NCBI GenBank assembly: GCA_030149205.1
Contig: JASBSB010000004.1
Location: forward strand, 1-32,000
Source of the DNA: Candidatus Heimdallarchaeota archaeon
GTDB lineage: Archaea; Asgardarchaeota; Heimdallarchaeia; Heimdallarchaeales; Kariarchaeaceae
Direction of reading: 5' to 3'
DNA length: 32,000 nucleotides
Of this stretch, positions 1 through 9,107 are shown piece by piece. The number at the start of each line of letters is the position of its first letter. The stretch's first letter is position 1. The notes beneath the pieces were generated by a model that saw nothing but the letters and a program-made list of their open reading frames with translations, made no database searches and was not told the origin of the DNA. Made by a program: the position numbers and the translations under genes.

Positions 1-125
1 TCTGAAGCAGCGATCACGCCTCCTGCGGGATCATAAGGCTAAAAACAAGCGGAAGAGCCTGCTGTGCTCTGTGGTCTGGTACAACCACGGAATCCGAGCT
101 CAGGGGGTGATCCCAGTGTAAACGA
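1..125. ncRNA. Putative structured non-coding RNA, truncated at the window edge; identity unresolved (RNase P RNA 3' part is one weak candidate)
   Basis: 56% GC (67/120) against a ~33% background, with no credible ORF. Nested stems: 27-33/108-114 (GGGATCA/TGATCCC), 36-40/56-60, 62-69/96-103, 69-75/84-90. ACGGAATCCGAGCTCA (87-102) loosely resembles the RNase P CR-V motif. Confidence 0.35.
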
Positions 126-185
126 ATTTTGGGACAAGCTTTTCTTCGATATTTATTCTTCGCTTCAAAAAATTGGAATTGGGTT

Positions 186-614
186 TTATATACTCCTCTG
201 TTTTTGCCCAATTGGTCTTGATGATCGAAATGGTCTACCAAGAAGGTCTCGGAGTTTGTATAACTCATATGTATCCTTGTCCTTTGCGAGAATCAGCTCA
301 AAGTCATCAGAGGCAAATTCAGCCATCACCTGCAGACAGACCCCACAGGGGCTGCTTGGCTGGTCATCATCAGTGATAACACTGATTGCTTTTAATTCAG
401 TTTTTCCCTCAGAAATTGCTTTAAAAATTGCTGTTCTTTCCGCACAAACGGTAGGAGTGAAGGAAATGTTTTCAATATTACAACCACCAAACATCTCTCC
501 ACCCTCAATCAGTAACCCAGAACCCACCTTAAAATTGGAATAGGGTGAATATGAATTTTCTTTTGACTTTTCTGCAAGTGTAATTAGCTCTTTTATCTCT
601 TCAGAGGTAACCAT
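186..614 (-). CDS. cdd: Cytidine deaminase (homotetrameric type)
   Basis: Motifs SPYSNFKVG, GCNIEN, CAERTAI and PCGVC (three-Cys zinc site). Confidence 0.95.
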   Translation of the reverse strand: MVTSEEIKELITLAEKSKENSYSPYSNFKVGSGLLIEGGEMFGGCNIENISFTPTVCAERTAIFKAISEGKTELKAISVITDDDQPSSPCGVCLQVMAEFASDDFELILAKDKDTYELYKLRDLLGRPFRSSRPIGQKQRSI

Positions 615-649
615 GACATAAAGAGGTTTTATGAATTAATAAAGGTAAA

Positions 650-672
650 GAAAGGGAGTCTTTCTCCCTTTC
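650..672 (-). terminator. Hairpin followed by a U-rich tract (terminator-like)
   Basis: Perfect 9-bp stem GAAAGGGAG/CTCCCTTTC with a 5-nt loop, followed on the minus strand by TTTACCTTTATT; lies just upstream of the cdd promoter. Confidence 0.4.
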
Positions 673-685
673 AAGGTTGTGGTTG

Positions 686-922
686 TTAGGATTGATGAAA
701 AAGAAAAGTCTGCTCAAAAGTTGTCCTTCTGTATCCTAAAACTGTTTTACTTTCCTTTTTTTCTAAAATTGGTAGTTCACTATATTGGAAATTCGATTTA
801 TTTTCCTTTTCTAATATCTGCAGGAATGGACCCTTAGGTTGCTTGCTTTCCGTGTGCTCCTCAAGATACGATAGCAAGGTCTGATGTGTCAATAATCTCC
901 TGTTTGAATGAGCTAAATCCAT
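686..922 (-). CDS. Small hypothetical protein (78 aa)
   Basis: ATG lies exactly 24 nt after a CTTAA TATA-like element, the same spacing as neighbouring genes; no recognisable domain. Confidence 0.3.
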   Translation of the reverse strand: MDLAHSNRRLLTHQTLLSYLEEHTESKQPKGPFLQILEKENKSNFQYSELPILEKKESKTVLGYRRTTFEQTFLFHQS

Positions 923-987
923 AGGGTTCTATGTCATCCATGATATTTAAGAGGATATGGAGAGCACATTAAAAGTAAAAATCCTGT

Positions 988-1470
988 TCAATTATCTTGA
1001 TTTTGAATATGTTGTAGTACTTGATTTAAATGATATATATCATGATCAACAATGACTTGAAATATTTCTTCTACTGAATACAATTTCCCTGTGGCATGCC
1101 TTCCTCTTTTGGAATAATCACTTTCATCAACTGTGTCAAGCAAACTAACAAGATCAGTTTTGTTCTGACTCAACTTTTCAAGCAAATTACCAAAAGATAT
1201 GGTTTCCAACTTTTTAACTTGACTTTTGTTATACCGGTTTAAATCAAAATCTTCAGGGACTCCCTGTCCAGTGAGAATTATTTTTTGAATTAACTGAATC
1301 ATACCCTTTTCTGACTGAACTATGTGTTTTACTACGTCAATTGTGGTCCATCCATCTTCATGTCCTTGAACATTGATATTAAGATCATCATTCGATATTT
1401 TTGAGACTAGTTTATCTCTTTCATCGAGCTTTCGCAATATATACTCATTCAATTCATTTTTTGTTTTCAT
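988..1470 (-). CDS. DinB/YfiT-like four-helix-bundle protein
   Basis: WTTIDVVKHIVQSE near the N-terminus and HDIYHLNQV at the C-terminus give the His triad pattern of the DinB superfamily. Confidence 0.75.
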   Translation of the reverse strand: MKTKNELNEYILRKLDERDKLVSKISNDDLNINVQGHEDGWTTIDVVKHIVQSEKGMIQLIQKIILTGQGVPEDFDLNRYNKSQVKKLETISFGNLLEKLSQNKTDLVSLLDTVDESDYSKRGRHATGKLYSVEEIFQVIVDHDIYHLNQVLQHIQNQDN

Positions 1471-1601
1471 ACATGTATAACAGCATTTTACATTTTATAC
1501 TTTGAGCAAATAAGATATATGAATACAAAGTTTCTCGAAAATTCAACATAAATTGTTTGGGGTTATATCGAATTTTTAAATTCAAACTCAGTTATTACTT
1601 G

Positions 1602-2783
1602 ATGCAGAGTCATACTCCAACTAACGAAAAAAATTGGGAAGCAGACAGATTAAAAATTCTCAGACCTTCAGGAATTCGAAAAATGTTTGAACGTGCACAA
1701 GGAATTGAGGGTGTAATTTCCCTAGGAATTGGAGCTCCAGACGTAACTCCTCCAAATGGGTTAATTGACGCACTTAAAATCCAAACTGATAATCCTGTTG
1801 CTCATAAATATTCGTTAAATTCAGGGATAATTCCTTTAAGAGAGAAAATCGCAGATCGATATAAAGAAAGATATGGTTTTGACTACGATTCAAAGAATGT
1901 TCTGATAAGTACTGGGGGTACAGAATTTATGTTTGCAGCATTGATGGCACTCCTGAACCCCAAAGATGAAATACTTATTCCTGATCCGGGCTTTGTATAT
2001 TATCCAAGCATGCCAAAAATTTTTGGGGCCGTTCCAGTTCCATTAAATTTAGATGATAATTTCCAAATTAATATCGATGATTTAGTTGAAAAATTAACTC
2101 CTAAAACCAAAGGTTTGATAATGAACTCTCCAGGCAACCCAACTGGAGCGGTGTATTCGAGAGAAATTGTGAAACAGATATCTGAGATAGCAGTAGATAA
2201 CAACCTCTTCATCTTATCCGATGAGGTCTATGAATATATGATATTTCAAGGATATGAACATCATTCTTTCGCTGAGTTCGCCCCAGAAAATACCATAATT
2301 TTGAATTCTTTCTCAAAATCCTATTGTGTTCCTGGCTGGAGAATAGGCTTTGGATTGGCACCTAATCAGTTTATGCATTCCATTTCTAAGCTTCACCCAT
2401 TCATTGTTGCAAACACTAACACTTTGTACCAATTCGCCATAAATGAGTTCTTTGGAACAACCGAGGAGCAAGCTTATTTCTCAAAAGTTTCAAAAATTAT
2501 GGAGGATAGAAATGAGGTGACCTACGAGGCATTCAATAAGATTCCTTCAGTTTCACTAAATAAATCACATGGATCATTTTATTCATTCCCCAAAGTTAGT
2601 GACTCAATATCTACAAATCCTGGTGAGGTATATGTCGAGAGAGCCTTTAAAGAGGCAAAGGTTGTGTTGGTACCAGGGAGTGAGTTTGGAGATTCTAGAA
2701 ATGATCATTTTAGAATTAGCTATGGAAGTGCTTCAACAGAGGAAATTAAAGAAGCTGCGGAAAGATTGATTGCAATATCTTAG
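1602..2783 (+). CDS. PLP-dependent class I/II (aspartate-type) aminotransferase
   Basis: Motifs NSPGNPTG, SDEVY, NSFSKSYCVPGWRIG (PLP lysine), PGSEFG and HFRISY. Start moved from 1557 to the in-frame ATG at 1602 because a CGAA..TTTAAA BRE/TATA element lies ~22 nt upstream of it. Confidence 0.92.
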   Translation: MQSHTPTNEKNWEADRLKILRPSGIRKMFERAQGIEGVISLGIGAPDVTPPNGLIDALKIQTDNPVAHKYSLNSGIIPLREKIADRYKERYGFDYDSKNVLISTGGTEFMFAALMALLNPKDEILIPDPGFVYYPSMPKIFGAVPVPLNLDDNFQINIDDLVEKLTPKTKGLIMNSPGNPTGAVYSREIVKQISEIAVDNNLFILSDEVYEYMIFQGYEHHSFAEFAPENTIILNSFSKSYCVPGWRIGFGLAPNQFMHSISKLHPFIVANTNTLYQFAINEFFGTTEEQAYFSKVSKIMEDRNEVTYEAFNKIPSVSLNKSHGSFYSFPKVSDSISTNPGEVYVERAFKEAKVVLVPGSEFGDSRNDHFRISYGSASTEEIKEAAERLIAIS

Positions 2784-2859
2784 CGTGTTTTTACCATTTA
2801 TGTCTAAAATCCATTACCTAAATAAATCTAAGAAGTTTAAACCTAAGAATTCACTACTA

Positions 2860-3477
2860 TTATAAGTCTAAGAAGTTTGTAATTTCAGAATACCTTATAA
2901 TTTCCATAAAAGGTCCGTTTGTTGAAGGATACATCACATTTATTCGGTTCATCTCATTTACTGCCTGGATCCCCTTAGTATTTACAATTATTATGCCTCT
3001 GTGTAGATTTGCCTGTAACAGCGTTTTTTCAACCTTCTGGATCTTTCTATAATCTAAGGGCTTTTTCGTATCAAAATAGAAAACTCCAATTTCAGACCCA
3101 TCTTCGAACCGTAGAATTATGGGGATAAAATTTGATTCATAAGATCGCTTAGGTTTAGTCTTCAAGCCATGACATATATCTGCTTTATAGATACTCCTCA
3201 AATATTTTAACACGTTTAGAAACCTGTCTGGATTTTTCACAATTGAACTATTCGGAGTCTTAAGAGTATGAATTCTCAATGATCCGTTATACCTAGATAA
3301 AATTGTCCCAACCTCATCTTCAAATGAGAACGGGAAAGAGAATAATGACTCATAATCTCTTACAACCTCATCTAGGTTAGTATCAACCTCGTATGCGTTA
3401 ATTACCGAATCTAGATACATCAGGTTTGAAGCCTCTGTATCTGGATTGTAGTAACCATTTTTGTTTGAACCTAACAT
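2860..3477 (-). CDS. Hypothetical protein; C-terminal half resembles a degenerate PD-(D/E)XK (Mrr-like) nuclease fold
   Basis: 205-aa ORF with normal composition. The segment IPIILRFEDGSEIGVFYFDTKKPLDYRKIQKV...RGIIIVN has Mrr-like secondary-structure spacing but no clear ExK catalytic motif. Confidence 0.45.
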   Translation of the reverse strand: MLGSNKNGYYNPDTEASNLMYLDSVINAYEVDTNLDEVVRDYESLFSFPFSFEDEVGTILSRYNGSLRIHTLKTPNSSIVKNPDRFLNVLKYLRSIYKADICHGLKTKPKRSYESNFIPIILRFEDGSEIGVFYFDTKKPLDYRKIQKVEKTLLQANLHRGIIIVNTKGIQAVNEMNRINVMYPSTNGPFMEIIRYSEITNFLDL

Positions 3478-3805
3478 TTAACCACTTGCTTGTTCAGCAG
3501 AATACTTGCAGTAAATGAGTTTATAAATTTCATGGAATCAATTTTAAAAAGTGAACAAAATAAAAAAACAATACCCTAATAATATTTGGGTAATCCCTAA
3601 CTTTGTAAATTTGATAAAACAATGGTTTTCTTTGATACGAAAATTCGAAAATCAGTTAAACCAATTGTCAATAATTTTTGAGAATTAATCCTCTGACTCT
3701 AAAACTGCTAAATTGCTAAGCTAACTAAACACTGACTTTGATAATCGAAGAAGGAAACGCAATGGTTTAATAGTCCCGCAAAAAAATATAATTGCATATT
3801 AGCAA

Positions 3806-6088
3806 ATGTCAAACAAAACAAAACCCAGAGTAAGTCTCTTGGATTTCGGAAGGGTTAGAACACCAATTGTTGATATTTTGATTAAGCTTGAAGAGTTAGA
3901 GACTGTAATTATTAGCTCTAATTTATTAGATTTTGATCTTCCTAATCCTGAGGGTAGTGTGATTAATCATTATCCCTTGGAACTGATGAATGTTTTACAT
4001 CAAACCACAAAAAATATCAAGGAAAATTTTCCTGTACCTTCAAAGATCAAAAGTGAAATCGACAACAACCAACACCTTCCCTTTAATTTAAGCTCAGATG
4101 AAGTTGACATTCTATACAACATAAATTTAATTGAAAAATCCTCTAACAGTTTAATAAAAGCGTATGATATTTTAGAAGGTCAGACAAGGTTAAACAATAT
4201 TGACCTATACCCCTTAATAACCAAAGAAATACAGTTAAATATCTTTCAAAAGGGGAAATGGGCCCCTTTGCGTTACTACGTAAGAAGCGGAGAGATTCCA
4301 TTTTCTGAAGATGACTGGATAAAAATTTGTAATACAAGAGGTATTGAAGAATGTAAGAAGGGAATGTTACAGTCTGATGTCAAACAAATATATGGATTAG
4401 AGTTGTTGAATGATGCAAAGCTAGATCCAAGGGTTGTGGAGGTATTTTCCAATTCTGATTTGTTACTGTTCTCGTTCACAGATCTTCTTTCTTATTTGAT
4501 TTTCTTCTCATCTAAGCAGTTGTATGAACAGATAAAAAAAGCAGCACCACTAAACAAATCTGTATTCATTTTTGATAAGAATCTGCTAAAAGAACCAACT
4601 GATAGAGAATTGGAGTTAATTTCTCTCCTAAAGATAAAACCAAAGGATGCAAGCTCTCTGTTTACGGATAAATTGGCAGAATTATGTGATTATGTAATTG
4701 TAGAAGAAGAATCAAGTTTTACCAAGATGTTAAGAGAAAATGGCTTAAAAGTATTACAAGAATTCTACTCACAACTGAGTACAGTGGATCAAATTGATGA
4801 TTTGTACAAATCTGAGTTTTTATCAAACCTGTTTAACATAGCAAAAATAGATCTAGCTGGACTTAAACCTCAAATAAACAAAAATAACAATAGTTCTTCT
4901 CCAACAAATCCTTCAGATAAAGCAGAAACTGTAGAATCAAATAATTCTAAGATTGATAAAGATTCAAGTAAAAATGAGAATACAGATGGTGATACTCAGG
5001 CTAATGGTGTGGAGACTATTCAAAAAGAGGAAAAATTAGAAAAACCTGAGAATGGGTCTGAAATTCCAGCTTCTACAATTGTAGAAGAAGTACAGGAAGA
5101 ACATGGATTTAGCCCAGATGAGAGTGAGACCTTAGAAGAAACCTTAAACAGAGCTTTATCAGCCTTGTCAGTAGAAAGTATTACTGATGTAAATAGACCT
5201 GAAATTCAATGGATACTCTCACTCTGTGATCAAGACCATGAGAAAGAGGTTCAGGTACTTTCCTTCATTATGAACAAATTTATCAATATCGAAAGTTTTG
5301 AATCAAAAAGAAAGTATGTTTCTTTACTTGGATTGTTTTATGATTTTTATAGACAAACAATGGTTCAAATTGCAACCAAAGAAATAAATGATTCAATTGA
5401 GAGCAAATCAGAGGAGATATTAAATAATTATGGAAAAAGCTTTCAAATTTTACGTGATGAGATCCCTGACTTCGCTGAAAGAATTGTCAAAAATGTTGTA
5501 ACATCTGTTTGCACAATTAAAGATGATCCTGTTGTAAACGAGCTAGGAAAGGTAACTGTATTGCAACTCGTACTCCCCTCAAAAAATCTTTCCAGAATTG
5601 CAATATCTGGGATTTTAACAATGCTTTCATCAAATCCAAATTCTCCACCACCTGAACTTTGGAATATTTTGACAGGATTTAGTGGGAGCATGGTCGGTGT
5701 CGAAATGATTACAAACTTTACCAAAGATACTGCTGAGGAACTGATTCGTAAATCTGCTCTACTTCGTTACACAGGCTCTTACATCACCACAATTAATAAA
5801 ATACTAAATGCTTGGTCATCTGGCGATAGCAATTTGGTTTCCTCTCTAGCTGGGGGATACCTCCCTAACCAAACTCTTAGAAAATTGGAGAGACTCGAAC
5901 TGGCCAGGAACATCAAGAGACTTAGGACTATCCCATTAGAGACGTTAGCAGATATATCGAATATGGATACCAAAACAATTGAAAGCATGATTGCTGAGAT
6001 GGCATTAAAAGATAATCTCAATGTTAAAATGGAAATGATAGACAATAGAATGATTGTTGTATATGAAGGATCAGATGAAGACATCTAG
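3806..6088 (+). CDS. CofD/YvcK-like N-terminal domain + acidic linker + helical region + C-terminal PCI-like winged helix
   Basis: GEIPFSEDDW..GIEECK and AKLDPRVVEVFSNSDLLLFS resemble CofD segments. An N/S/E-rich low-complexity linker lies at about aa 355-445. The C-terminus IPLETLADISNMDTKTIESMIAEMALKDNLNVKMEMIDNRMIVVY fits the PCI winged-helix pattern. Confidence 0.6.
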   Translation: MSNKTKPRVSLLDFGRVRTPIVDILIKLEELETVIISSNLLDFDLPNPEGSVINHYPLELMNVLHQTTKNIKENFPVPSKIKSEIDNNQHLPFNLSSDEVDILYNINLIEKSSNSLIKAYDILEGQTRLNNIDLYPLITKEIQLNIFQKGKWAPLRYYVRSGEIPFSEDDWIKICNTRGIEECKKGMLQSDVKQIYGLELLNDAKLDPRVVEVFSNSDLLLFSFTDLLSYLIFFSSKQLYEQIKKAAPLNKSVFIFDKNLLKEPTDRELELISLLKIKPKDASSLFTDKLAELCDYVIVEEESSFTKMLRENGLKVLQEFYSQLSTVDQIDDLYKSEFLSNLFNIAKIDLAGLKPQINKNNNSSSPTNPSDKAETVESNNSKIDKDSSKNENTDGDTQANGVETIQKEEKLEKPENGSEIPASTIVEEVQEEHGFSPDESETLEETLNRALSALSVESITDVNRPEIQWILSLCDQDHEKEVQVLSFIMNKFINIESFESKRKYVSLLGLFYDFYRQTMVQIATKEINDSIESKSEEILNNYGKSFQILRDEIPDFAERIVKNVVTSVCTIKDDPVVNELGKVTVLQLVLPSKNLSRIAISGILTMLSSNPNSPPPELWNILTGFSGSMVGVEMITNFTKDTAEELIRKSALLRYTGSYITTINKILNAWSSGDSNLVSSLAGGYLPNQTLRKLERLELARNIKRLRTIPLETLADISNMDTKTIESMIAEMALKDNLNVKMEMIDNRMIVVYEGSDEDI

Positions 6089-6107
6089 GAATAATTTTTA
6101 ACCAAAT

Positions 6108-6740
6108 TTAACTTCTTAGATCAATTCTCTGTATGACTACCTGTTTAAAGGAGTAAAGCATTAATATCAATGAAAATATTAACAAAGAAGGTACATAAGG
6201 ACCTAGAAATGAAGCCACTACTGGACTTAGGAGCGCAGCGATTGAGGGTGTACAGCATGAAACCAAGCTGGCAGATGCACTGACAGTTGCCCCAATTGAC
6301 GCGGTTGAAGAACTCAAGATCTCTCCCTTAGCACCATCTTCTATAGTCTTAATACTACATTTCGTTGGAAGTGAGAAAAATGATGAATAAATAACACCAA
6401 TAAATAAACTAATCACAACAAAATATAAGCCAGGGTAATATCTTACAAATAAACTCCAATTCTGGGTGAAGTTAATTCTTACACTGTCAGCTGTGAAATA
6501 TAACCCTGGTACCAAATAGAAATATCTTGCGATTGACCCCGTCAAAGTCATTAACAGGGATAATGATCCAAAAAAGAAAATCAGAAATAAAATCCCGAAC
6601 TTCTTTACAACTGTTTTAGGAAGATACAAAGATTCAGGATTTCTAGAAATAATGTACGCTGTGTATACAATAGGGATAAGCATTGCAGCTATCGGAATAC
6701 CAAAGGTTTGTATCCCCTGTATCCAGTAGTTCATAATCAT
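6108..6740 (-). CDS. Multi-pass membrane protein with a vicinal Cys pair (SCC)
   Basis: Four to five hydrophobic segments; ASASLVSCCTP motif; co-directional with the MinD/longin genes. Confidence 0.6.
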   Translation of the reverse strand: MIMNYWIQGIQTFGIPIAAMLIPIVYTAYIISRNPESLYLPKTVVKKFGILFLIFFFGSLSLLMTLTGSIARYFYLVPGLYFTADSVRINFTQNWSLFVRYYPGLYFVVISLFIGVIYSSFFSLPTKCSIKTIEDGAKGEILSSSTASIGATVSASASLVSCCTPSIAALLSPVVASFLGPYVPSLLIFSLILMLYSFKQVVIQRIDLRS

Positions 6741-6791
6741 ATAATAAGTTGTGAAAAATATATATATTTAGTAATAAAAATCGGAACTTGA

Positions 6792-7424
6792 TTAAGAAAT
6801 GAAATAATGAATTTTACCTGCTTTGTTTTCTTGGCCAATAATCCCCTTTCTCAGGAGTTGTTGAATTACAGGTATTAATTTTATAGGCTTTTCTCCCATC
6901 ATGATGGATAATTCCTCAATATCACATTCCCTAACCTTCAGCATCTCTCTTGCCACCCTAGCTTCATCTGTTGGTAAGGTGAGTAAGGTCTGAGAAGTTA
7001 AGGTATTTTTTGGATCAACTCTGGTTTCTTCTACTTCAGATAATCCCAATATCTCAATAACATTTGCCTTAAATGATTCGAAATCCTTGGTGTCTCCCTT
7101 CCAATTATCTATTTTTGATTTGTATCTTTTTAAGAAAGTTACACCAATCTGTTTAATTTTGTCTAGAGCCTCATCTGATTGATTAGAAACCATAACTATA
7201 AAGAACTCTCCCGCTCTTTCACTCACAAAAAGAAAAGGGCCAGCAGACAGTTTCGAAAAATAATTTCCTGTGACTTCCTGTACAAAAGATTGCATTGCAA
7301 TGAACATCGCAGAAACCAGGTCTATAGGTGGAGCAATATCTGAAAATATTTCACTGAATGCTGCTCGTCCATCATTTGTAATTATATAAACTGAATGAAC
7401 CCGTAGAACACTCAATCTACGCAT
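6792..7424 (-). CDS. Longin/roadblock-like domain fused to a C-terminal winged helix
   Basis: VYIITNDGR..LVSAMFIAMQSFVQEV...FLKRYKSKIDNWKGDTKDFESF matches the Asgard longin-like pattern. The C-terminal IEELSIMMGE..IQQLLRKGII is wHTH-like. Overlaps the MinD gene by 8 bp. Confidence 0.7.
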   Translation of the reverse strand: MRRLSVLRVHSVYIITNDGRAAFSEIFSDIAPPIDLVSAMFIAMQSFVQEVTGNYFSKLSAGPFLFVSERAGEFFIVMVSNQSDEALDKIKQIGVTFLKRYKSKIDNWKGDTKDFESFKANVIEILGLSEVEETRVDPKNTLTSQTLLTLPTDEARVAREMLKVRECDIEELSIMMGEKPIKLIPVIQQLLRKGIIGQENKAGKIHYFIS

Positions 7425-8280
7425 CCTCCTTTTTATAGATTAATTTTAAGAAACAATCCGCTATCTTTGATATTTCATTGGCTAGCTTTCCATTTGGATT
7501 CACGACTACATGGATAGGTCTTTGTGCACTAACTCCCTCTAGGTAGTACATTGCATATTCAGCCTCTTTCTCAATAACCTCAAAATCTATTGAAATAAAT
7601 CCACAGATGTCCACCTTAGAATCATTCAAATCTTTTAATATCACATCATGAACCAAGGATTTTGTATACTCTTTGGTGTTATCCTCTATAAAAGGGTCAG
7701 GAACCTGATTCAAAATCAATGAAATTGAAGGTTTCAAACTATGGTACAATGTATCTATTATTTGTTTAGTTCCAGTTATGTCTGCGTTTACCAACCTCAT
7801 TGCCAAGATCAAATGCTTGGTTGCTGCGATACAGTTTAGTGACTCAGTAGAGAACCCAGGATTTGTGTCTAAAATTATAAAGTCCACATTCCAAGGGTTA
7901 TCAGGAAGAACTTCATCTACAAGTCCAATCAGTTTATATAACTGGTCTAATGAAGTCTGTTTGTCATAGTTCATCATCGAAGCGATAGCGTCTCCTTTAT
8001 CGTTAGCTAAACCAAGGAAAAGCTTCCCCTCTCCCTCTTTTATGACTAATTCTGTCGCGTCTATCAGTACATCTTCAATGCTCGTTTCAGTAGTGAGGTA
8101 TTGATTTATTGTTGTTTTAGTTGAGTTTGGATAGTAAGTTTGAAGACTAGGAGCACCAAAATCCATATCAATTAAAGCCACACGAAAGCCCTGAGTGACA
8201 AGGTACGCTGCTAAATTCATTGAAAGTAAGGTCTTTCCGGTTCCTCCACGAAGACTGTGCACTGTAAGACTAACTGTCAT
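7417..8280 (-). CDS. MinD/ParA family ATPase
   Basis: Deviant Walker A HSLRGGTGKT, plus VALIDMDFGAP, DFIILDTNPG and LILNQVP. Confidence 0.85.
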   Translation of the reverse strand: MTVSLTVHSLRGGTGKTLLSMNLAAYLVTQGFRVALIDMDFGAPSLQTYYPNSTKTTINQYLTTETSIEDVLIDATELVIKEGEGKLFLGLANDKGDAIASMMNYDKQTSLDQLYKLIGLVDEVLPDNPWNVDFIILDTNPGFSTESLNCIAATKHLILAMRLVNADITGTKQIIDTLYHSLKPSISLILNQVPDPFIEDNTKEYTKSLVHDVILKDLNDSKVDICGFISIDFEVIEKEAEYAMYYLEGVSAQRPIHVVVNPNGKLANEISKIADCFLKLIYKKEDA

Positions 8281-8471
8281 TTACTTAATATACCTATTTT
8301 CCTTCTCACTAAAATATTTATGTTCGGTACTTATTGTAATTAGTAAATTTATAATTATAACACATGATTTATAAAAATCAGGCTATATTTCAAGTACACA
8401 CTGTGAATAACAAGGAATTAGACAGGATTACAAAAAATAGTCTTATAAGCATTTGAAAATTAGGAATAATT

Positions 8472-8978
8472 GTGAGTGAATCAGATTTAAATGGGTTTTT
8501 AGGGTTGAAGAACTACAGGTATGGATCTTACACTTTGGCAATTCTAATGTATATCTTAATTTTATTGGGAGGTTACACCAAAGCAATAGGGGGAGGACTT
8601 GCATGTCCTGACTGGCCTCTCTGCTATGGCTCACTTTTTCCTGATATCCATTATTGGTTCTATACTACTCCTTATTCTCTAAATACATTCAACTGGGGTC
8701 TCTTTGCAGAGTATACCCATCGTTTTGTGGCATTAATTAATATTATTCTTATCGTATATTTGTTTATAAGTGGATGGACTCATAGGAGAGCTTTTCCAGA
8801 GATCAAAACTCTAACCATTCTATTTCTAATCATCGTATTGATCCAATCCGTTTTTGGGGGACTGACAGTACTTTATAAACTTCATCCATTAATTGTTACC
8901 GGTCACTTAGGTCTGGGGATTCTATCATTCATTATTGTCCTCTACAATGCACAGGTGGCTTACAAGAAGATAAGATAA
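8472..8978 (+). CDS. ctaA: Half-size heme A synthase (COX15/CtaA family)
   Basis: GGLACPDWPLCYG, EYTHR, Q..GG..V and HLGLG motifs; only 168 aa with 4 TM segments. Confidence 0.82.
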   Translation: MSESDLNGFLGLKNYRYGSYTLAILMYILILLGGYTKAIGGGLACPDWPLCYGSLFPDIHYWFYTTPYSLNTFNWGLFAEYTHRFVALINIILIVYLFISGWTHRRAFPEIKTLTILFLIIVLIQSVFGGLTVLYKLHPLIVTGHLGLGILSFIIVLYNAQVAYKKIR

Positions 8979-9107
8979 TAATGAGATGAAGTAATTAAGG
9001 TGCTTAATACATAAGAAATTATAATATTTAAAATAGAAAATAATTAAAAGACGGAGTAATTAAAAGCTAAAAAAATTTCTAGATGGAATAATTAAACGAT
9101 AAAATAG

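Noticed and set aside
105-115. GGATCACC on the minus strand resembling the 16S rRNA 3' end
   Set aside because: The flanking sequence does not match the conserved 16S terminal helix.
14-543. ORFs 14..268, 64..543 and 173..376
   Set aside because: They are antisense or off-frame shadows of cdd and of the structured GC-rich element.
861-941. Possible programmed +1 frameshift joining a 26-codon ORF (ATG 941) to 686..922
   Set aside because: The promoter spacing favours ATG 922, and there is no homology support.
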